This document shows positions 57,770-64,000 of a stretch of DNA of 64,000 bases, piece by piece (positions within the stretch are counted from its first letter, which is position 1; every line of letters begins with the position of its first letter). The DNA comes from Candidatus Saccharimonadales bacterium. Lineage in GTDB: Bacteria > Patescibacteriota > Saccharimonadia > UBA4664 > DATIHN01. The stretch lies in assembly GCA_035480635.1 (NCBI GenBank), contig DATIHN010000025.1, forward strand, positions 12,384-76,383. The letters run 5' to 3'. Position numbers and translations under genes: made by a program. The notes beneath the pieces are model-generated. The model was not told where the DNA came from. It did not search any database and saw only the letters and a program-made list of their open reading frames with translations.

Positions 57770-58876
57770 ATGAACCCATCACAAGGCGACACTCTCGATA
57801 TTAAGCCGGTCCAACCGGGCCCAAACCAACCAACTAGCCAGCCGGCTAGTGGCAGTGAGGCCGAGGCCGCTCGGGCCCGCATCGCTGAATTATCCGATCC
57901 CCACGCCGGTACCCTCGAACAAGGGCAGGCTGTTTCGTTGCGTCGACCGATAGCGGCGGGGGCGGGCCTGCCTCCAGTGCCAGCTCCTGCTAGCCCTGCA
58001 GCCGAAGCCCTCAAACCAAAGCTACCCAGTCTGCCCCAATTTAATCAGGCTAAGATCAAGCGCAAAATCCCCAGCCCCGTTAAACCCTTACTGAGCGCCC
58101 TGGGTGCATTTGTCCTGCTCGTAATGGTCTTTAAAGCCCAAATTATCTTAAGTCAACTAAAATATCTGACCGGCAAAACTCAGACTGTCACATCCAACAT
58201 TGCTACACCAGCCGCCTCCATACCGCCCGATCCGACCATTAGCATCCCCAAAATTAACGTTAACGCGCCGGTCGTCTACGAACCCAGCATTGCCGAAGCC
58301 GCCATTCAAAAAGCCTTGGTCGGTGGGGTTGTCCACTATGGCACCTCGGTTACACCTGGCCAGCCCGGCAATCTAGTGATCGTCGGGCACTCCTCGAACG
58401 ATTGGTGGCAACCCGGTAACTATAAGTTTGTGTTTGTGCTACTGGATAAATTGGCCGTGGGCGATCAGTTTAGCTTGAATTACCAATCGCACAAATATAT
58501 CTATGAAGTGACCTTAGTTAAAATCGTCGAACCAACCGATTTGAGTGTGCTAGCCAATACGCCAAGCCCAACAGCCACCCTAATTACTTGTACACCACCA
58601 GGGACAAGCTGGCGGCGTTTGGTCGTCCAAGCCAATCAAATTAGCCCCGAACCAACCAGCCAGACGCCCTCGACAGTTGATAATAGCGCGGGGAGTAGCC
58701 AAGCTCTGCAGCTGCCCAGCGATTCGCCCAGCCTAGGTAGCCAACTGAGCCGAGCCTGGCATAATCTCACGACCAGTATTTCGAATCTAATTCACGGTAA
58801 ATCAAGCACCACCAATCAGCCAACTGAGCAAAACTCAACTCAGCCGTCCAATTCGACCTTGCCTTCGGGACTCTAG
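57770..58876 (+). CDS. Sortase-family protein with Pro-rich N- and Ser/Thr-rich C-terminal extensions
   Basis: ISIPKINV, GNLVIVGHSS, TLITCTP, RRLVV. Confidence 0.88.
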   Translation: MNPSQGDTLDIKPVQPGPNQPTSQPASGSEAEAARARIAELSDPHAGTLEQGQAVSLRRPIAAGAGLPPVPAPASPAAEALKPKLPSLPQFNQAKIKRKIPSPVKPLLSALGAFVLLVMVFKAQIILSQLKYLTGKTQTVTSNIATPAASIPPDPTISIPKINVNAPVVYEPSIAEAAIQKALVGGVVHYGTSVTPGQPGNLVIVGHSSNDWWQPGNYKFVFVLLDKLAVGDQFSLNYQSHKYIYEVTLVKIVEPTDLSVLANTPSPTATLITCTPPGTSWRRLVVQANQISPEPTSQTPSTVDNSAGSSQALQLPSDSPSLGSQLSRAWHNLTTSISNLIHGKSSTTNQPTEQNSTQPSNSTLPSGL

Positions 58877-58877
58877 C

Positions 58878-60257
58878 TTAGTGCTTAATGGTAATAGCAT
58901 TAATGGCCATTTGGCCGTTGCTCTGAGGTTGGACGACTAAGACTTCGTGCTGATTGCTAGTAAAGCTGATTTGGCCGCCACTGGCTGGTCCCGAGATTTC
59001 AGCCGCATTGCCGCCATCAAACTCGACCAAAGAGACGCCGCTGGTATTAACTGTTAGTAGATGATAGGTATCGAACCAGAGCACGTTCTGATAGGGTGTT
59101 TTGGAACTAGCAAAGTTGTAGGTCCGATTAAGTTCGAGGTCATAGGTTGCCAGCCGCTGGCCGTCGCGGAAATTAATAAATCGTCCGTCGGAATTGAAGC
59201 TCAGGCTATCGGCCGACTTGGTAATGATACGGCTAATCGGGTGGGCGCTGGAGAGTTCACTGTAGAGCGTGATGGTGCGACTTTTATTAGGTAAGACGGC
59301 GATTTTATCATCACTCTTATAGCTGCCGTAGCTGATCTGGTAACTGTCGCTGTCGGCGATGGCTTGAACTTGTTCGCGTTTATTTTGCCCGGAAGTGTCC
59401 ATGGTATAGAGACTCTTACCTAATGGGGTCGTAGCAATATAGACGATCTGGCCATTACCACCAAAAGTATAAGTGGCTACGTGATCAGCCAAGACAGCCG
59501 ACAGACTTTGGCTGGCAGTATTGATCCGGCGCAAACCATCCGGACTTAACCAAAATAATTCTTGAGCGTTAGTTGGGTTGAAGTGCAGGGCCTGGAGATC
59601 GAAACCATACTGCTCGCTCAAATTTGTGACTGTGCCACTGCCCAGAGTCAGCAGGCGCTGGTAGGTTTTATCGCCCGATTTGGTGGTAATTAACAATCGG
59701 CTGGCATCACCCGAAAACTCCAGGGTTTGAACAGCCTCGATTGGCTGCCCCGGAGCTGGCGCCGTGGGAGTGTAGGCGATACTAGGCTGATGCTGACCAG
59801 TGTCAAAGGTCCAAACTTTGGTATCAGCCGCCACAAAGGCGAAGTGTTTGTGATCGGTACTCGTGACCAGGCCAGAGACGCCAGCCGCCTGCGACCAAGT
59901 TCCGGTTTCGAGGTTAGTCGGCAACAGTAAAACGTACTGGGCCCAGGTTACTTCCGAGGGCACAATTGAGATGCGCTTGGTCCAGGGACGATAGCCATCC
60001 TTGGTGATATCAAAGGTGTAGTCACCAGCCTCCAATGTGCTGCGATAGGGCGTCCGGCGGTGGATGGGCTTGCCATTAATCGAGATATCGGCCCCACCCG
60101 GTACTGACGTAAATATAACTAAACCGTTTAGCTTAAGGCGGCCAGTGTGGAAATCATAACTATAGCCTCGACCAATGTAGATTAAGACGATGGTGGCAAG
60201 TACCACCCCCGCAATTACGACGATCCAACCGGTGATTTTGAGTGGGCGCAGAGTCAT
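58878..60257 (-). CDS. PEGA-domain / beta-propeller membrane-anchored protein
   Basis: N-terminal TM, TSVPGGADISING..KDGYRPW, repeated FSGD/FNSDG strands. Confidence 0.8.
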   Translation of the reverse strand: MTLRPLKITGWIVVIAGVVLATIVLIYIGRGYSYDFHTGRLKLNGLVIFTSVPGGADISINGKPIHRRTPYRSTLEAGDYTFDITKDGYRPWTKRISIVPSEVTWAQYVLLLPTNLETGTWSQAAGVSGLVTSTDHKHFAFVAADTKVWTFDTGQHQPSIAYTPTAPAPGQPIEAVQTLEFSGDASRLLITTKSGDKTYQRLLTLGSGTVTNLSEQYGFDLQALHFNPTNAQELFWLSPDGLRRINTASQSLSAVLADHVATYTFGGNGQIVYIATTPLGKSLYTMDTSGQNKREQVQAIADSDSYQISYGSYKSDDKIAVLPNKSRTITLYSELSSAHPISRIITKSADSLSFNSDGRFINFRDGQRLATYDLELNRTYNFASSKTPYQNVLWFDTYHLLTVNTSGVSLVEFDGGNAAEISGPASGGQISFTSNQHEVLVVQPQSNGQMAINAITIKH

Positions 60258-60331
60258 GAGCTAACCATTACTATATCGCAAGCCAGGCTGTCTTGGTAGC
60301 CGGCCGGCAAACCCGCTATACTGTGATAGAT

Positions 60332-61339
60332 ATGTTTTCCAAGCGTGTGGCCATCGATTTAGGAACCGCCAACGTGCTCGTCTATGTACCGAAGCGCGGT
60401 ATTGTTATTAATGAACCCAGTGTTGTAGCCCTAGATACGGCCACCAATCGGATTATGGCGGTCGGTAATGAAGCTCGGGAGATGCTGGGCCGCACACCAG
60501 ATACCATTGTGGCTTCACAACCACTGCGCGACGGTGTGATTGCTGATTATCGAATCACCCAGGCCATGATCCGCCACTACATCACCAAGGTCGCCGGTGG
60601 ATTCCGCTTGAGTCGCCCGGATGTGATGATCTCAGTACCAGCCGGCGCCACCTCAACTGAACGCCGAGCCGTCATTGATGCCACCATTTCGGCCGGAGCC
60701 CGAGCTGCCTACATCATCAAGGAACCGGTGGCCGCGGCCATTGGGGCCAGCATTCCCATTGCCTCCGCCGCCGGCAATATGGTAGTCGATATTGGTGGCG
60801 GTACCACCGAAATCGCTATTCTGTCGCTGGGCGGGGTGGTGGCTCAAAATAGTATTCGCGTCGGTGGCAATCGAATCGATGCCGCCATTGCCGATTTTAT
60901 CAGGCGTAAATATGGGCTAGCCATCGGTGAGCGTACGGCCGAAGAAATTAAGCGCGAATTGGGTTCGGCTTTGAAGCTTACCAAAGATCGCTCGGCCGAA
61001 ATCCGCGGCCGAGATATTATTGCCGGCCTGCCTAAGACCGTTACCGTTTCTTCAAACGATCTGACCGAAGCCATTAGCGATGAACTCGAGAAAATCATTC
61101 TTGCTATTCGAGTGGTACTGGAACAAACGCCACCCGAACTTTCCAGCGACATAATTGACCGAGGCATGGTCTTAACGGGCGGCGGAGCACTGCTCGCCAA
61201 CCTCGATAAGCTCCTAACCAATGTTACGGGCGTGCCTTGTGTAGTGGCCGAAGAACCCTTGCTGTGCGTGGCTAGGGGAACCGGTATTGCCCTTGATAAT
61301 CTAGAAGAATACAAGCGCAGTTTGGTGGGGATTAAATGA
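60332..61339 (+). CDS. mreB: Rod shape-determining protein MreB
   Basis: IDLGTAN, NEPSVVA, DIGGGTTE, LTGGGALL. Confidence 0.97.
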   Translation: MFSKRVAIDLGTANVLVYVPKRGIVINEPSVVALDTATNRIMAVGNEAREMLGRTPDTIVASQPLRDGVIADYRITQAMIRHYITKVAGGFRLSRPDVMISVPAGATSTERRAVIDATISAGARAAYIIKEPVAAAIGASIPIASAAGNMVVDIGGGTTEIAILSLGGVVAQNSIRVGGNRIDAAIADFIRRKYGLAIGERTAEEIKRELGSALKLTKDRSAEIRGRDIIAGLPKTVTVSSNDLTEAISDELEKIILAIRVVLEQTPPELSSDIIDRGMVLTGGGALLANLDKLLTNVTGVPCVVAEEPLLCVARGTGIALDNLEEYKRSLVGIK

Positions 61340-62448
61340 TGCGAGTAGCCATTGTTCACGACTGGCTCAATACTCGGGTGGGCGGTTCCGAAAAAGTCCT
61401 AATGGAGCTGGCTAACCTGTATCCAGATGCCGATATCTACACTTTGATATTCAGACCGGAATTTTACCGCGGCCAAATTGATCCCAAACGCGTGACGACC
61501 TCGCATTTGCAACGCTGGCCGAGGTTGTTAACCGATAAACCAAGTTATTTGTTGCCGCTACTGCCCACGGCCATCGAGCAGTTTGATTTGAGTAGCTACG
61601 ATGTCGTCATTTCATCATCCAATGCTTTTAGTAAAGGCGTTTTAACTCCACCTCGAACGCTTCATATTTGCTACTGCTACTCGCCGATGCGCTTCGCTTG
61701 GGACTACTGGCCCAGATATTTAACTGAGCTCTCAATTGGGCCGATTAGGCGAATGGCCGCTAGAGGGGTGATATCCAAAGTCAGGCTATGGGACTACTAT
61801 AGCTCGAAGCGAGTTGATCATTGGATTGCAATTTCCGATCACATCGCAGCTCGGATTAAAAAGTATTACGGGGCCAAGGCTGAAGTCATTTATCCGCCCG
61901 TTCAAATCGATGACTTTGAGCCGTTGGCCTCGCGCTCTGATCACTACTTAACCTTATCGACATTAACGCCGTACAAAAAAATTGATCTAGCTATTAAAGC
62001 CTGTAATCAATTGGGGCGTAAACTAATCGTGGTCGGCAGCGGCTTTGATCGTAAACGTTTGGAGGGGCTGGCCGGACCGACTATAAAATTTGCTGGCAGG
62101 GTTAGCGATGAGGAAAAGGCTAGATTACTCGCTACGGCCAAGGCTCTGCTCAACCCCCAAGAAGAGGATTTTGGAATAGCCAGCGTAGAGGCTTTGGCTT
62201 CGGGCATCCCCGTAATCGCCTTCGCTAGAGGTGGAGCTGCCGAAATTGTCAGCGATGGCGAGACTGGAGTGCTCTACGAGGACGATTCAGTTGAGGGCTT
62301 AGTGGCAGCGATCAAGCGTAGCGAAGCTCTAAATTACGACCGCGATCAGTTACTACAGGCCAGCCGGCGCTTTAGCGCCTCCTATTTTGCCAAAACCTTT
62401 ACCACAACAGTTGAGAAACTTTATGCCGATCACATCAGCCAGTTATAA
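61336..62448 (+). CDS. GT4 glycosyltransferase
   Basis: VHDWL..GGSEKVL, VIYPPV, EDFGIASVEALASG. Confidence 0.92.
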   Translation: MMRVAIVHDWLNTRVGGSEKVLMELANLYPDADIYTLIFRPEFYRGQIDPKRVTTSHLQRWPRLLTDKPSYLLPLLPTAIEQFDLSSYDVVISSSNAFSKGVLTPPRTLHICYCYSPMRFAWDYWPRYLTELSIGPIRRMAARGVISKVRLWDYYSSKRVDHWIAISDHIAARIKKYYGAKAEVIYPPVQIDDFEPLASRSDHYLTLSTLTPYKKIDLAIKACNQLGRKLIVVGSGFDRKRLEGLAGPTIKFAGRVSDEEKARLLATAKALLNPQEEDFGIASVEALASGIPVIAFARGGAAEIVSDGETGVLYEDDSVEGLVAAIKRSEALNYDRDQLLQASRRFSASYFAKTFTTTVEKLYADHISQL

Positions 62449-63253
62449 AGTTCTGGACACGCGCATCGACGCGCTGGATAATGCCACTGGCTTGGCCAGG
62501 GCTCAAGACTTGGCCAGTGATCAAGCAGCGGCTCATTACATCGTCTTGCCTTACGTTGAATTCTTGAATCAGGCTGCCCAAGACCGGGAGCTTCAGAATC
62601 TACTCAACCAAGCCGATTTGAGTTTGGCTAATGGGGTTAGCATCAACTGGGCCATTGAATACCTCTACGGTGGGGAAACAAAATTTAGTCGATTTCTGGC
62701 CACCCTGACTAACATTATTACCCGGCCTGCCAACGTCCACCGGCTAGCCCCCAGCCGATTTGATTCTAGTAATTTTACTTGGCCGATGCTGGAATGGGCC
62801 GCTCGCGAGCACCGCAAAGTTGTTCTAATTGGCTCACCCAAGCAACAATCAATCGAAGGGACCGCTAAATTCATCCAAACCGCCATACCTGGAGCAATTA
62901 TTGCTGGCGTCTACCCCGGTTACTTTCATAAAGCCGGCCGAGTCCGGCTGATTCAAGAACTGCGTCAGCTCGAGCCAGATTTGATTTTGGTTGGCATTGG
63001 CTTCCCCAAACAAGAAGCGTTGATGCACGATTTACGCAATGAGTTGAGCCACGGTTTAATGATTGGGGAGGGCGGTAGTTTCGATTATGAACTCTTTGGC
63101 GGAAGCATCAAACGCGCACCTAATTTTATCAGAACCATCGGGCTAGAGTGGCTGTGGCGCTTGATCCGCGAGCCGGCCCGCCTGCACCGCCAACTGGCCA
63201 TTCCAGCCTATCTGTGGCGGGTTTGGCGCCAGGGCCGGCATTTACCCGAGTAA
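62423..63253 (+). CDS. WecB/TagA/CpsF (GT26) glycosyltransferase
   Basis: VGIGFPKQE, GEGGSFD, RAP..GLEWLWRL..EP. Confidence 0.92.
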   Translation: MPITSASYKVLDTRIDALDNATGLARAQDLASDQAAAHYIVLPYVEFLNQAAQDRELQNLLNQADLSLANGVSINWAIEYLYGGETKFSRFLATLTNIITRPANVHRLAPSRFDSSNFTWPMLEWAAREHRKVVLIGSPKQQSIEGTAKFIQTAIPGAIIAGVYPGYFHKAGRVRLIQELRQLEPDLILVGIGFPKQEALMHDLRNELSHGLMIGEGGSFDYELFGGSIKRAPNFIRTIGLEWLWRLIREPARLHRQLAIPAYLWRVWRQGRHLPE

Positions 63254-63300
63254 ATATCATGCTTATGCTATACTTGTTAACATAAGCAAGTTACGAAACA

Positions 63301-64000
63301 GTGCAATGTCCTAAATGTGGAAAAACCGGTCGAGTTACGATTGCGGGTATGCAATATTGTACCAATTGCGGCAACCCGTTAGGTCCGGCGTCGGCTGAAA
63401 ATAAGTCTAAGAGCCTCAGAGATATTTCGCCCACCATAGCCAGTATCCCGACCCCAGTTACCTCAACCGGCGATCAATCGATGCCGGCAGCTTCAGCCCC
63501 GGCGCCGACTCCAACGCCCAGCCCAGTGGTTGCCAGCGCGCCGCTACCGGCCACCAGCCTGCATGCCCAACCAGCGGCACCGCTTGATTTACGTCAAGTC
63601 GAACCAACACCCATTCCCACTCCTACTACGCAGTCGACTCTACCCGAACCAACCCCGGAGCCAGCACCGACACCGGTGGTGGTGGAGCCGGCAATCAAAA
63701 CCGAGGTCACCAGTACCCGTCGCAGGGCGGAGAGAGCCGCTAATGCCCAAACCACCACCAAAAGCCAACTGGTGACCAAATTCCAAACGCCAGCGGAAGA
63801 CAGCCCAGAACCCGCAGTTGAAACACCGACCACACCGGCCGCTCAACCACCGCCAGCCCAGCCAGCCAGTCCACCAGCTCCAACGGCCCAACCGCTAAGC
63901 CAAGCACCCGCCTACGCTCCCAGTGTGCCAATTGCCGCCGATGACGAGGGGCCAGCTGCAAATCCTACACCTCCCATACAACCAAAGTCACCGTACCCAA
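63301..64000 (+). CDS. Zn-ribbon plus Pro/Thr/Ala-rich protein (3' truncated; not in ORF track)
   Basis: Open frame from GTG 63301 to window end: VQCPKCGKTGRVTIAGMQYCTNCGNP..; TATACT at 63269. Confidence 0.8.
   Translation, partial: MQCPKCGKTGRVTIAGMQYCTNCGNPLGPASAENKSKSLRDISPTIASIPTPVTSTGDQSMPAASAPAPTPTPSPVVASAPLPATSLHAQPAAPLDLRQVEPTPIPTPTTQSTLPEPTPEPAPTPVVVEPAIKTEVTSTRRRAERAANAQTTTKSQLVTKFQTPAEDSPEPAVETPTTPAAQPPPAQPASPPAPTAQPLSQAPAYAPSVPIAADDEGPAANPTPPIQPKSPYP

Noticed and set aside
58855-58876. LPxTG sorting signal at the sortase C-terminus (LPSGL)
   Set aside because: It does not match LPxTG and lacks the following TM helix and basic tail

Overview
This window is bacterial chromosome read in standard code 11. 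The gene content and style (compact operons, short archaeal-type AspRS, dockerin, PEGA and sortase proteins, many leaderless genes) suggest a Patescibacteria/CPR genome, probably Saccharimonadia-like; that assignment is inference. Core genes include the end of the spc/alpha operon (rplO to rpsI), holB, a tRNA-Thr/Tyr/Thr-rpmG-tRNA-Trp cluster, aspS, secE-nusG-rplK-rplA, rplJ-rplL, dnaX-dnaB, a GtrA/GT-C glycosylation cluster, ybaB-recR-cysS and mreB with glycosyltransferases. An accessory region lies between tRNA-Gln and tRNA-Leu. Two things stand out most. (1) A six-gene pyrimidine-nucleotide island splits rplA from rplJ: a HIGH-type nucleotidyltransferase, a dCMP deaminase fused to a HUP-like domain, a HxHxQ HIT enzyme, folA, thyA and tmk. 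(2) A dispersed class of GC-richer cassettes, most with their own promoter, Shine-Dalgarno (SD) site and 3' hairpin, carries thyA-folA, tmk, purH, purB and orphan genes, in contrast to the many leaderless core genes. Also notable are a structured tRNA-Trp-linked repeat, a candidate small RNA, an RCK channel with a non-canonical filter and a recurrent TGCTTATG promoter motif. No CRISPR array, rRNA, integrase or transposase was seen. All calls are by eye, with no database searches.
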